Positions 12,029-24,874 of a DNA stretch of 64,000 bases are shown piece after piece. The DNA is from Hormiphora californensis (Eukaryota; Animalia; Ctenophora). How positions within the stretch are numbered: the stretch's first letter is position 1; each line of letters opens with the position of its first letter. Location: assembly GCA_020137815.1 (NCBI GenBank), contig CM035351.1, positions 9,734,001-9,798,000 of the forward strand, read 5' to 3'. A program made the translations under genes and the position numbers. The notes beneath the pieces were generated by a model. It made no database searches and was not told the origin of the DNA. It was given only the letters and a program-made list of their open reading frames with translations.

Positions 12029-12559
12029 TTAAACTTCATATATTCTCTTTTGTCTGAGCTAAGAATATGCAATGTTATTTTGCCCACCCTGCGGCACTTC
12101 TGTCTTTTCATTAGTGTGATCCTTCCCTATCGAAACGGCCCAGGATAAAGTATATTTATTATTCTGCCTGGCGCCAATGCAAATACCAGCAACTACATAG
12201 CAATTAGCGCTGATAAATTTGCGGCAAATTAGATGATGGATCCTTTGTAACCGTGGCTGTTTAGCGAAGGAACAAGCCAATGATTGGTGGTACATCATAT
12301 GATGAGGGCCGTGCTAAAGACCTGCAATTGTTCCCTCGAACCCCCTCTCTGATGTGTATGTGTCAGTATATCGTACACTACCTTTTAACCTTTAAAGATA
12401 GTGTCCCTATATTTCATGACTGCTGTTTTTGAATTCTACCACAGTACAAATAGTGATACTCCTAACTAGTTTTTATTTGTCAAATTTAATGACTGATTTT
12501 TGAGAGAGCAAGGCAAAGAAAGGAAAATGAAAAGAAAGATGAAGTGGGGAGCGAAAGAG

Positions 12560-12856
12560 AAACGGAGAATTAGAATGAACTAGATAAAAGAGGAAGGAGA
12601 AAAGAAGATGAAGAGAGGAAGAGCGAGAGAGATAGAAGAGAGAGAGGATGAAGGACGAGATAGATAGAGAAGAGAGAGAGAGAGAGGAGAGAGAGTTCTC
12701 CGCTCTTCGATCTGCTCTCTCTCTCTCTCTCGCTCTCTCCTCTCTCTTCCTCTCTCTCTCTCTCTCTCTCTCGCGCTCTCTCTCTCTCTCTTCGTCCTCT
12801 CTGCTCCTCTCTTCTCTCTCTCTTCTCTCTCTCTCTCGCTCCTCTCCTCTCTCCTC

Positions 12857-12898
<42 letters not shown>

Positions 12899-13140
12899 CT
12901 CTCTCTCTTTCCCCTCTCTGCTTCTCTCTCTTCGCTCGCGTCCTCTCTCGCTCCGTCTCGCTCTCTCTCCTCTCCTCGCTCCTCTCTCTCCTTCCTCTCT
13001 CTCCCTCTCTGCTCTCTCTCTCTCTACTCTCTCTCTCTCCTCCTCTCTCTCTCTCCCCTCTCTCTCTCTCTCTCTCTCTCTCACGCTCTCTCTTCTCTCT
13101 CCTTTCCTATCCTCGCCCTCTTCCCACTCCTATTCCCCCC
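12560..13140. repeat. Degenerate GA-rich tract followed by a (CT)n tract
   Basis: Low-complexity purine tract then pyrimidine tract. Confidence 0.9.
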
Positions 13141-14892
13141 TCTTCTCACCTCCATTTCCAGTTCAACCCAACGCCCGAGTCACCCCCATCTTTGCTACCG
13201 TGAATTTCCCGTTCAAACTATACTTATTAAAATTTTTCTAAACCTGACGTCTCAGTTTGATTGGCTGATACAAAGGGATTCATAATAATTTCGTGTGAAA
13301 AAAACACACAAAAAAGTTTTAGATAGACTTAGCTTTTCATGTTTTGATTCACAACTCCTGTTCCTGATAAGATAAAGACTTCAAACCGGCGCCATTCGAT
13401 GGGGGGGGGGGGGGGGGGGGAGACTCACTGAGGTTGGTCACGCGCGTTCAACTCTCAACCTCGCGACACACACTGAAGTTCGAAGTTTCGCGGAAAAGTT
13501 CGAAGTTTTACGAAAACCCATTTTCAGCTGAAAAATCATTTGTAAGATGCTAGTTCATTTACTGGTACATCTCTCGATACCGGGTCAATTTCAGCGTTTT
13601 AAATTTTTTCCTCGCTGAAGGCATTCACCCAGATGCCTTTTGTAAAAAGGCATAGGGGTTTAGAATTCGACAAGTTTACATACTAGTGAGGTGTTTGGTG
13701 ACATTGACACCTAGTGCGTGCGAGATCGAGCTCGCACATAGGTGTCCGCTCCGCCCCCTAAAAAAGGGTCGTGTCTTTCAAGCCAAATTGCACGTGATCC
13801 ACTGGATCGATTTGCATCCGGTTTGTCGCAAAAGACTACAAATTGGTCCTAGTTTACTGGAAAATACCCGAGAAGTTTGTCTGTCAATAGGAAGTGGGTC
13901 AAAATTGACACTGAAGTCAAACCTATAATCTGGCTTCCGAGCCTTTTTGCACCACTCCCAGACGGTGTAGAATGAATCTGAGGGTATCAGAAGATAGGTT
14001 GAACTCTTGTGAGTACTGGAAAATACCCGGCATTAATAGCTGATGCTAATTGCATCAACATATCTCCCAATATCTTCTAAATCGCATGGGCGTAGTGCAG
14101 AAACTCTCGGAAGCCAGATTATAGGTTTGACTTCAGTGTCAATTTTGATTTCTCAGACGAAAATGGGTTTTCGCGAAACTTCGAACTTCGAATTTCAGTG
14201 TGTGTCGCGATGTCACGAACCGGAGATATGATCAATTATGATAATGCCGAAGTAAAGGGGTTATTATCATAATTGATCATATCTCCGGTTCCTGATGAGC
14301 TAAAGAAATTGCTTGGATACCGCTTTGGACACGTCGCGCCCCTAATGTTCGCGCGCGCCCGTAGGGCGATCCCCTCACCCCTACGCGACCAAGATACCGC
14401 TGGAAAGGGAATTTCAAGCCCCATCGAATGGCGCCGGTTTGTCTTTATCTTACCAGGAACAGGAGTTTTGCGCCAAAACGTGAAAAGTCGATCAAAAAAC
14501 TTTTTTGTCACAAAAAGTTTGTGTATGTGTGTGTGTTTTTTAACGTAATTGGTGTGGTGCGCATTTTTTGTGTGTATCACGCTATATGTAATAGTGTCTT
14601 CCACTATTTCTTGCCGTTCGCGTTCCTATTCACCTGATAATTTTTCTTTGTGGTTGAAATTGATATGGAAGTGGTGGAGTTGAAATCGAAGACTTAAAAA
14701 ACCAGAAAACAAGTGCAAAAACAAAAATTGCCTGGATTACGTCTGGACTACGTCCGGACAACACGTGCGTTTTCAATTACGTTTTAACTACGTCTGTTAC
14801 GTTAATAGCACGTCTGTAGGGCGTCTGTAGGGTGTCTGAAGGGTGTCTGAAGGGCATCTCGAAAATTACGTCCCAACTACGTCGGCACGTAA

Positions 14893-15286
14893 TTTTTTCC
14901 CCGCCGAAGGCCTTCACCCGGATGCCTTTTGCAAAAAAGCATACGGGGTTTAGAAATCTAAACGGATTTTAGTGACTATGTGAGTAGCAAGTCAGCTCTC
15001 TTGTCCCGTTTCAGGTTGCGAGGGGCAACATGTAGCAACTAGAGTCGCGCACACAACAACAACCTGCTCCTTCATAAACCTCTTCATTGACACTTTTTCA
15101 GGAAATGTGTGGCACGCAATTCCGCAATGTGGCGCGCAATTTAGTGCTACTAAAACACAAGGATTTGTTCTATACTGTTTGCGTGATGTATAAATCATCC
15201 GAAATGTCTGTCCCGCCTTCGTGTTAGGAATGAAACGTTGGCGGGGAAACATAGCATTATGAAACATAATGCATTTATTCTTGTTT
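14893..15286 (+). mobile_element. HINE-like element
   Basis: subTIRs tttccccgcc/ggcggggaaa; 3' hairpin gcattatg-aaa-cataatgc followed by ttcttgttt. Related bodies at about 44135-44400 and 61311-61630. Confidence 0.7.
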
Positions 15287-15307
15287 ACGTCTGTAGTACA
15301 TCTGCAG

Positions 15308-17618
15308 GGCAATTTTGCATTTGCGGGCATCGCACTATAGACGCAGTACCCACGTACTATAGACGCATTATAGACGCAGTATAGACGCAGTATAGACGCA
15401 GTATAGACACAAGCAATATAGACGGACTTTCGTAAGCAGCAGTATAGACGCAGTATAGGCGCATTATAACAGCAATATATACGCATTTTTATAGACGCGA
15501 CGCAGTATAGCCGCATTATAGGCGCACTACCCACCCCAAAATCACTTTATAGACGCACTATAGACGCATTATAGACTGGCTATAGCAGCACCATAAACGC
15601 TACATAGACGCATATAGACGCATGATAGAAGCATTATAGACGCGAGCTTTTTATAGACGCCGCGTCTATAAAAAACGTGCTTTTTTAAGAAGTACTATAG
15701 ACGTACTCAGACGCACGCTGCGATATTTGAGGCGCAGTTGGGCGAACTATAAACGCATTTTTGTCGCTTATAAAAGGAAGCAGTATAGACGCATTATAGA
15801 CGCATTATAGCCGCATGTGTGCGAAATCGATAAAGACGCAATATAGACGCAAAATAAGAAGGAGAGGGAGAGAGACTAGAGGGATGGAGGGAGGGAGGGA
15901 GGGAGGGAGGGAGGGAGGGAGAGGGAAGGAGAGGGAAAGAGGGAGGGATACAGAGACAGATCAGACGGAGACAGATGGACACAGATCTGAGACAGACGGA
16001 CAGAGTAAGATGGAGAGAGATTAAGATGGAGAGAGAGACGCATTATAGCCGCATGTGTGCGAAATCGATAAAGACGCAATATAGACGCAAAATAAGAAGG
16101 AGAGGGAGAGAGACTAGAGGGAGGGAGGGAGGGAGGGAGGGAGGAAGAGGGAAGGAGAGGGAAAGAGGGAGGGATACAGAGACAGAGACAGACAGAGACA
16201 GATGGACACAGATCTGAGACAGACGGACAGAGTAAGATGGAGAGAGATTAAGATGGAGAGAGAGAGAGTGAGACAGAGAGTGAGACAGAGAGGGAGATAG
16301 TAAGCGCGTGTTTGTCCGTCCATCTGTCTCTGTCCGTTTGTTTCCATCTCTGTCTTTTTCTGTCTCACTCCGTCCCTATGATTTTTTTTTCAAGGATTCA
16401 AATTAAAAAGTACTTAACAATAATATTATTGTCATATAACTATAAAAAAGTGGGAGTAGGAGGGGTAGAGAGAGGGTTCAGGGGGGTTGAGAGGAGAGGT
16501 ATGGTGGGTGGTGGTAGTGTGTGTATTATGGGTTGATGATGGTGTGAATTAGGTGAGAGAGATGATGATTGATATGTGAGGGGAAGACATGACCACGAAG
16601 GGAGGTTCTGTCTTGATCTGTTAGGCGGTCTCGAGCTGATTTGGTGCGGGTGCATTCATTCAGCATGTGCCACTCATCTTGGATGATGGGGTCGAAGAAA
16701 GGGAGGGCACGCAGAAGAGGTATAGACTCGGGTGAGGAGCAATCATCACAGAGGCGCTCAGATCTGTCAGTTTTGTTATGGCGTCCGGTTTCGATTTTTA
16801 GGCGGTGGGTACTCGTTCTTAACTTGATGAAGTCAGGTGCCGTCCTTCTTTCTAGGTAATCCTCAAAGCCATGTCCGGTCTTGACACTGTTGTAGAATTC
16901 CCTATATATCACTCTCTTTCCATCTTACTCTCTTTCCATTTTACTCTGTCCTTCTGTCTCAGGTCTTTATCCGTCTGTCTCTGTTTCTGTTCCTGTATCC
17001 CTCCCTCTCCTTCCCTCTTTCCCTCTCCTTCCCTCTCCCTCCTTCCCTCTACCTCCCTCTCCTTTTTATTTTGCGTCTACATTGCGTCTTTATCGATTTC
17101 GCACACATGCGGCTATAATGCGTCTATAATGCGTCTATACTGCTTCCTTTTATATGCGACAAAAATGCGTTTATAAAACGCCCAACTGCGCCTCAAATAT
17201 CGCACTGTAGCCTGGAGTACGTCTATAGTGCTTCTTAAAAAAGCACGTTTTTTATAGACGCGGCGTCTATAAAAAGCTATTTGCGTCTATAAAGCTTCTA
17301 TCATGCGTCTATATGCGTCTATGTAGCGTTTATGGTGCTGCTATAGTCAGTCTATAATGCGTCTATAGTGCGTCTATAAAGTGATTTTGGGGTGGGTAGT
17401 GCGCCTATAATGCGGCTATACTGCGTCGCGTCTATATAAATGCGTTTATATTGCTGTTATAATGCGCCTATACTGCGTCTATACTGCTGCTTACGAAAGT
17501 ACGTCTATATTGCGTGTGTCTATACTGCGTCTATACTGCGTCTATAGTGCGTCTATAATGCGTCTATAGTACGTGGGTACTGCGTCTATAGTGCGATGCC
17601 CGCAAATGCAAAATTGCC
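15308..17618. mobile_element. Mutator-like foldback element with TATAGACGCA-rich arms, copy 1
   Basis: GGCAATTTTGCATTTGCGGGC...GCCCGCAAATGCAAAATTGCC termini; 9-bp TSD catctgcag; arms of 700-1000 bp. Confidence 0.8.
16382..16905 (-). mobile_element. 3' end of an RTEX/L2-like LINE inserted at the centre of the foldback
   Basis: KLRTSTHRLKIETGRH..R.ERLC..C...DEWH.L.EC is a C-terminal zinc-finger motif. Short poly(A) at 16382-16390; tccctat occurs on both flanks. Confidence 0.75.
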
Positions 17619-18029
17619 CATCTGCAGTACGTTTGTAGTAGTAGTACGTCTGTAGTACTACGTCCGTAGTACGTCTAACCGATTGCGTCCCAAACCATTA
17701 CGTCTGCAGTACGTCAGAACTGTGTCTACTATAGACGGTCTAGACGGTCTAGACTACGTCTGGACGTAGTTTTCGGCTAATGTATTTTTGCCACTAATTT
17801 CTACTTTATAATATAGACTAAAAATTTGAACTGCTCGTACCATCTAACTATCTAACTATATCTAATGCAAATTTGCACGGAAATGTGACACCCTATCGTC
17901 AATGTGACGACGTGATCCGTCAATGTGACGACGTGATCCGTCAGTGTGACGACATGATCCGTAGGTATCACGTATCACAAGTGCTTGAGAACTGCTTGCG
18001 AACTTGAGGTGTCACATCACATACATAAG

Positions 18030-18064
<35 letters not shown>

Positions 18065-18460
18065 AGACAGGGATCACATCACATATCATAGAGCATCAGC
18101 GAGAGACAGAGAGAGACAGAGATCGGGAGAGGCACGAGACAGGGAGACAGAGATAGGGAGTGAGACAGAGAGACATAGCTATAGAGAAAAAAATAATAGA
18201 AACAGATCCCTCGATTCGCGATCGGTACGATCGCCCCAGTTTTACGTTTATTGTCTAACCGATTGCGTCCCAAACCATTACGTCTGCAGTACGTCAGAAC
18301 TGCGTCTAGACTACGTCTGGACGTAGTTTTCGGCTAATGTATTTTTGCCACTAATTTCTACTTTATAATATAGACTAAAAATTTGAACTGCTCGTACCAT
18401 TTATTTAATTGCACAGAACAGCGTGTGAAGCAAGTAAAATATTTTACAATATTGTGCAGG

Positions 18461-21139
18461 ATGACAATGAGTAACAGAACGATGGATGTATCTACCAACC
18501 CACCATTGTGCGAGTGTATTAAAGTAGACGCTAGTGAGACGAGGATTGCTGATATAGTCTGTGCCATGTGCACCTGTATCACCCTTATTGCTACTTTTAT
18601 TGCAGGGTTAGTCACTGTCTCTGTTTCCACTGTCTGCACATAACACATTTTGTGCTTTCCTCACAGAGAAGCTGTATGGCGGCGCCCCTACCCCAATTTA
18701 ATTCTGAGTGCGCTCAGATGGGGTCGGCGTCGCCAGATTTCTTCTATCTTATTTTTCGATTTATCATCATTTTTCAGCACCGCGCCGCACTTGTTTAAAG
18801 TGAGAGTGGACAGAGTCAGAATTGGACAATTGTCCAATTCAAACTTAAGTTTGTTGGAGGTAGTAGAGATTAGTTCTATGAGCTCAAAATCGACCCATCC
18901 ATCACTGATATATTTTTGTTACTCTCGGGGAATTCCTGCTGGATCAATATTTACCTAGTGAAGTCAGCTTAGGGACCATATTTCATCCGAGGTTAAACTT
19001 TGTTCAGGCACGGGGTCTAGCAGTGAGCGTTATATAATACTATTATATGTGATCATCACATGATGTGTAAACGGGGTTTTCTGTCCTTATTCGCTTGACC
19101 CTCTCCCTGCGGTAGATCATTCAAACATCCATAATCCGCTCTTTCTCTCAGGACGATATTTCTAACATAATCCGCTCTTTCTCTCAGGACGATATTTCTA
19201 TCATAATCCGCTCTTTCTCCCAGGACGATATTTCTATCAACATAATCCGCTCTTTCTCTCAGGACGATATTTCTATCAACATAATCCGCTCTTTCTCCCT
19301 CTCTCAGGACGATATTTCTATCATAATCCGCTCTTTCTCCCTCTCTCAGGACGATATTTCTATCATAATCCGCTCTTTCTCCCAGGACGATATTTCTATC
19401 AACATAATCCGCTCTTTCTCTCAGGACGATATTTCTATCAACATAATCCGCTCTTTCTCCCTCTCTCAGGACGATATTTCTATCATAATCCGCTCTTTCT
19501 CCCAGGACGATATTTCTATCAACATAATCCGCTCTTTCTCCCAGGACGATATTTCTATCAACATAATCCGCTCTTTCTCCCAGGACGATATTTCTATCAA
19601 CGTTGTTCCGGTTGCGGAGTAGAAGAATATCGTCTCATTACTTCATGGCTAGTTTGGTTATCAGCGATTTACTAGTAGCACTCTTTAGTATGCCATTCTC
19701 AATGGCAATTCTACTTAATCATCGGACCATGCCATCGTTGCCTGAAGAAACCTTCAATAAATACCTCCAGGTAAGTCACAGCTTACATTTCATCGTGACT
19801 AATACCAACAACTACTAAATATTTATCCACAGGGGCTATCTCATTTCGTCGGTAGACAAGCCAGTTTGGGGACAATGTGCCTTATAGTCGTTGATAGGAT
19901 TATTGCTGTTCGCAAACCCTTCGATTACAAACAGGTAAAAGACCAGATGAGTGTTGCGTGAAAGAATCTGGCATAGTAAGTACAGCCGGACAACTATCAA
20001 CTATCCGGGGGGGGGGGGGGGGGGTGTTCATGACCTTATTGTTTGGACGCCATGCCAATATAAAGGGGGTGGGTACCAACTAGACCAAAAAACAGATGAA
20101 AATTTGTTTGGAACATTCGTGACCTTTTTTCGATATACAGTCGGACCCCGATTTAATGGCATCCTCGGGGGAAAAATCCTGCCACTAAATCGGGATGCCA
20201 CTAAATCGGGTTCAAATAATGTTAATTTCCTATATCAAGGGAAAAAAATCCTGCCACTAAATCGGGGTGCCACTAAATCGGGGGCCACTAAATCGGGGTC
20301 CGACTGTATAGTATATATAAAAGTTTGACTGTAATAATTTACACCTCAGATAGTTACAAGAAAGGTAGCAGCAACCTGTTGTTCAGTAGTTTGGGGCATA
20401 GCCCTCGCCATCGCCCTATGGCCCTGGCTTCTCCGACTTAAATCGTGGTAAATGCTTGATATGATCGCTGGAAATTAATAAAGCACTCTTCTCGCTGTTG
20501 TTTTCTAGCATGCAGGCGTACGGCTTTCCAAGCTGGATTGTCGAGCTCTCAAGAAATTGAATGACGCATCGTGGAATTGCTGGAGATTCAAGCTCAGAAA
20601 GCCATCTAGCAGCTACTTTTCAGCTACAGCTAGCGAAAATCTCGCATACTCATAGTTGTAACATTTCAGTGCCAAAAAGGGCCTTAAATTATTCATTTCA
20701 GTGCTGAGACTGATAAATTATTCATTTCAGTGCTGAGACTGATAAATTATTCATTTCAGTGCTGAGACTGATAGTTTTGCCAACACCACCCGATATGACT
20801 TCTTCCCTGAACAGGTGTTTATCTATGCTTCATGGTAAGTCTTTGTGCTGGGAAGGTGACTGGAATACTTTATCAGGGGGGAGACACACTGAAGTTGGGA
20901 CAAATGTGACCGAATTAGCCAAAAATTTCAAAAACCGTGAAATTGACTCAGTATGGATAAATGACACCTCGAGAGATGTACCAGTAAATAAATTAGCCTC
21001 TTACAAATGATTTCTCAGCCGAAGATGGGTTTTCGCGAAACTTCGAACTTTTCCGCGAAACTTCAAACTTCAGTGTGTGTCGCGAGGTTGAGATTTGAAC
21101 GAGCACGCCCAACTTCAGTGTGTCTCCCGCTTTGATTTA

Positions 21140-21231
<92 letters not shown>

Positions 21232-22120
21232 AGATAGAGATAGCATTAGATAGATGGGTGTCATCCCTTTTCACAATAATCTTTACCTAAAGAAAATCAT
21301 TTTCAGGGTTCCGATAGAAAACTGCGGATGGTCCATGTCCAAGTACGGCTACGTCTTCTTTATACCAACGTTCCTTATAACACTAATTCTTGTTTTCTCA
21401 CTGTCACTCTTCCTTCTCATTAAGCTCATTGTTATTCGTAAAACAGTGATCAAGACACGGGAGAAAAATTTCAGACAGGCTACAATAACCACTTTATACG
21501 TGTCTCTCATGTTCTTATGCTGTTATACGATTCGTCACCTTTACCCTGTCATTGGGGGTCAGTGTTCCCTTTCGTGTGAGGCAAAGGGTATCATAGCCGC
21601 TTACATGACATGTGTGATTTATATCAACAGTGCCTTTGATCCCCTCATCTACATGCTGCGAGGCAAGGTTCTGAAACGTGAAACAATGAACATGCTCACT
21701 TCCATGGGTCACGATGTTTTCAACGTTATGAGTGGCGTCGCTGATGAAGTGTCCCAGTACCAGCCAGAAAAACTCCGCCGAAAGCGCAAAAGTAAGGCTA
21801 GTAACAAGAACGACCTAAGTACGGATTGTAATAACACCAGTAACGGGCCAGATAACATTGTAACAGAACCGAGTGTGTTGCCAATGAGCCCAAAACCATG
21901 GGTGAATATGGAGCTGGTGCTTCAAAGGAGCCATGTTCATGTATCCCAGACAAGAAAACAAAGTCGTATCACCGAGCCCTACTGTGATGAAGAAATCTCC
22001 TGGGCTGTCCAGGTGAAGTATCCTTCAGAGGGAGAGGATGTAGGCAACATTCCCAACTCACCAGGCACCAAATCTGTTTCATTTGTTTTAAATGATGGGG
22101 AAGATCTTAAGACTCCCTAA
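18461..22120 (+). CDS. Class A (rhodopsin-like) GPCR; exons 18461-18606, 19584-19770, 19833-19934, 20350-20447, 21307-22120
   Basis: GT-AG phase-compatible exons give 7 hydrophobic segments with SLVISDLLV..P (TM2), DRIIAVRKPFDY (TM3), W in TM4 and NSAFDPLIY (TM7). TM1 has GT in place of GN and TM6 lacks CWxP. Confidence 0.85.
19130..19601 (+). repeat. Minisatellite of 12 units (36-45 bp) spanning the GPCR exon-2 splice acceptor
   Basis: Unit cataatccgctctttctc(c/t)cagGACGATATTTCTAT(caa); the last copy runs into the exon. Confidence 0.95.
20873..21136. mobile_element. Short TIR element, GGGAGACACACTGAAGTT family
   Basis: Inverted ends gggagacacactgaagttgg...ccaacttcagtgtgtctccc. Related pieces at about 1553-2190, 13418-13600, 22529-22955 and 42288-42330. 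Confidence 0.7.
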
Positions 22121-23228
22121 TTTGTTCAAAGGTCACTGCTCCTTGGCTTACATTGTTTGTGTTTTGTGTGTATGTTGTTATATTATAATGCGTGTGCCGT
22201 GTACATTCTCCCAAAAAATGTTGAAATAAATATAAAGATTTCGTTTTGTTTTGTTATTAAAGCTGCCGCTTGCAGTCGCATTACCGTAATGGAATTACAG
22301 TGATGAGACGCAGACTTTGCATAACGCGGGGCAAAAAGTGCATTTGTCAGCACGTACTAGCGCACTGATTGGCCATGGTTGTGCGTCTTCATACCGTATC
22401 TCCGTTTTCCATTACCGTTTTCCCACTACAAGCGACCGGGATACTGGGGGCTTTCACGAACACTGAACACTCAGGTCCTAACCTTTCTGGGACCAATTTC
22501 ACACTAGGACTTTTTTGAAATGGCTTTCAGGCGGGAGACACACTGAAGTAGGGCGCGCTCGTCCAAATCTCAACCTCGCGACACACACTGCACTGAAGTT
22601 CGAAGTTCGAAGTTTCGCGAAAACCCTTGGGCACGTCGCGCCCCTCATGTTCGCCCTCACGCGGGCAACGAAAACATATTTTCGGCCGAGAAATCATTTG
22701 TAAGAGGCTAACTTATTTACTGGTACATCTCTCGAGGTGTCCTTTATCCATACTGAGTCAATTTCACCGTTTTTGAAATGTTTGGCTAATTCGGTCACAC
22801 TTGTCCCAATTCACCAAAATTTCAAAAAATGGCGAAATTTACTCGGTATGGATAAAGGACACCTCGAGAGATGTACCATTAAATAAGTTAGCAACTTAAA
22901 AATGATTTCTCAGCCGAAAATGGGTTTGCACGAAACTTCGAACTTCGAACTTCAGTTATAGTCAGGTCATATGATCTCAATTTCATGGTGATTTTCGGCA
23001 TAATTGTTATAAAAAAAGGACTTTAAAGCACGTTTGTCAGCAAATCCCGCGCGACAGACTGTTTTGGGAGACCTTTTTAGCTGACTTAGCACTACTCAAA
23101 TGTTAATTACCGCCTCATTTCGCATCGTGATGAGTCGGCGGGTATTTTCCCATGCTCACGATTCGCCCAGTACCCGCAGATTGTCCCAGGACCGAGTAGG
23201 AGCTTGCAGCCAGGTCTTTAAAGAATTG

Positions 23229-24874
23229 GGCAGGTCGGTAGAACTTCGACAGAATTTAGGGTAGGTCAATTTAGGGTAGGTCTGAATTTAGGGTAGGTCT
23301 GAATTTAGGGTAGGTCTGAATTTAGGGTAGGTCTGAATTTAGGGTAGGTCCGTAACGTATCGTTTATCAAATCATTGCAATTCGAGATTAGGTTCTGATT
23401 AGGTCGCTGAACCGCGTCCCGTATCTCGTATCAACTCATTGCAATTCGAGGTTAGACACAGATTAGGTCGCTAAAGCACGTCCCGTATCTCGTATCAACT
23501 CATTGCAATTCGAGGTTAGACACAGATTAGGTCGCTAAAGCACGTCCCGTATCTTGTATCAACTCATTGCAATTCCATCTTAGTCACCGACACTAAATAC
23601 TACTTAAAGTAGGTGAACTGAGTTAGGTCGGTAGACTGTGTTCCGTATCGCATCAAATGAAACCTGTTGAAGAAAAAAAACAATTCGTTTGGCAGCGTCA
23701 TATTTTACCCATCTCCTACAGACTGGACTTCAAAGCCTGTCTAATCGCTTATAAGATAGTCTATGGAACAGCACCAGGTTACCTCCAGGAAATGGTTCCT
23801 CTTGATAAAAGCTGGGGAGTCTCCAGGACAACAAGGATGACTAGTGTTATTGATCCTTACAGATTAAAACACCCCAAGATGACCAGTATCAACGCCAATT
23901 CTAAATTGAGACGTAGGAGACTATCAGTATTTCTGCCTGCTATTTGGAATGAGCTACCCCTCGAGTTAAGGTCGATCCCCAACGTTGATACCTTTAAAGC
24001 TCGCCTGAAAACACATCTCATCGTTGGTGCATTTGGAGTGGGTGATGGGGAACCCATGGCTGAGTTGTAATGTTTGTTGTAGTTGTGGGGTCTGCGGGCA
24101 GTCAGTGTCATCCTCTCTCTAGTCATGTTATTAAATCACTATCTGGTATCCTTTTTTGAGCAGGTGTGAGTATAGCGTGTTTAAAATTATATCTACAGGT
24201 TTATGGGACCAGTTATTCCCCCAGTTTGATAAGTCCAGTTAATTTGGTTTTCCATATATTGTCTTTTTCAACCAGAATTGTTCGTGTGCGATATTTTTAC
24301 TCTAGGATATACCGCTCTGATGACTCGTCGGAACATCGCCAATATTTTGACATGTTTCCGTCGGGTATGGGCGGTATATAAGCGCGGAATATTATTATTA
24401 TTATTATTATCTAATTTGTGTCTAACCTCGAATTGTAATGATTTGATACAAGATACGGGACGTGGTTCAGTGACCTAATCTGTGTCTAACCTCGAATTTC
24501 AATGAGTTGATACGAGATACGGGACGTGTTTCAGGGACCTAATTTGTGTCTAACCTCGAATTTCAATGAGTTGACACGAGATACGGGACGTGGTTCAGCG
24601 ACCTAATCGGTGACTAAGATCGAATTGAAATGAGTTGATACGAGATACGGGACGCAGTTCAGCGACCTAATCAGAACCTAATGTCGAATTGCAATGCTTT
24701 GATAAACGATACATTACGGACCTACCTTAAATTCAGACCTACCCTAAATTCAGACCTACCCTAAATTCAGACCTACCCTAAATTCAGACCTACCCTAAAT
24801 TCAGACCTACCCTAAATTCAGACCTACCCTAAATTGACCTACCCTAAATTCTGTCGAAGTTCTACCGACCTGCC
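23229..24874. mobile_element. Merlin-like foldback element, copy 2
   Basis: GGCAGGTCGGTAGAACTTCGACAG TIRs; exact 8-bp TSD aagaattg; 17-bp subterminal repeat aatttagggtaggtctg; second repeat tier of about 64 bp. Confidence 0.8.
23690..24410 (+). mobile_element. 3' end of an L2/CR1-group LINE inside Merlin-like copy 2
   Basis: H.LPI.YRLDFK...AYK...G.AP.YL...WN.LP.ELR....TFK..LKTHL motif; 3' stem tataccgc...gcggtata; (att)n tail. Confidence 0.85.

Noticed and set aside
19185-19601. Alternative frame (GRYFYQHNPLFLP)n resembling an amidated neuropeptide precursor
   Set aside because: No start codon, signal peptide or compatible upstream exon found; the repeat is explained by splice-site duplication.
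24310-24385. CTGATGA...GAA as a hammerhead (also at about 9733, 14292, 34139 and 53250)
   Set aside because: Stems II and III cannot form properly; the 24310 case is the ordinary L2-type 3' stem-loop.
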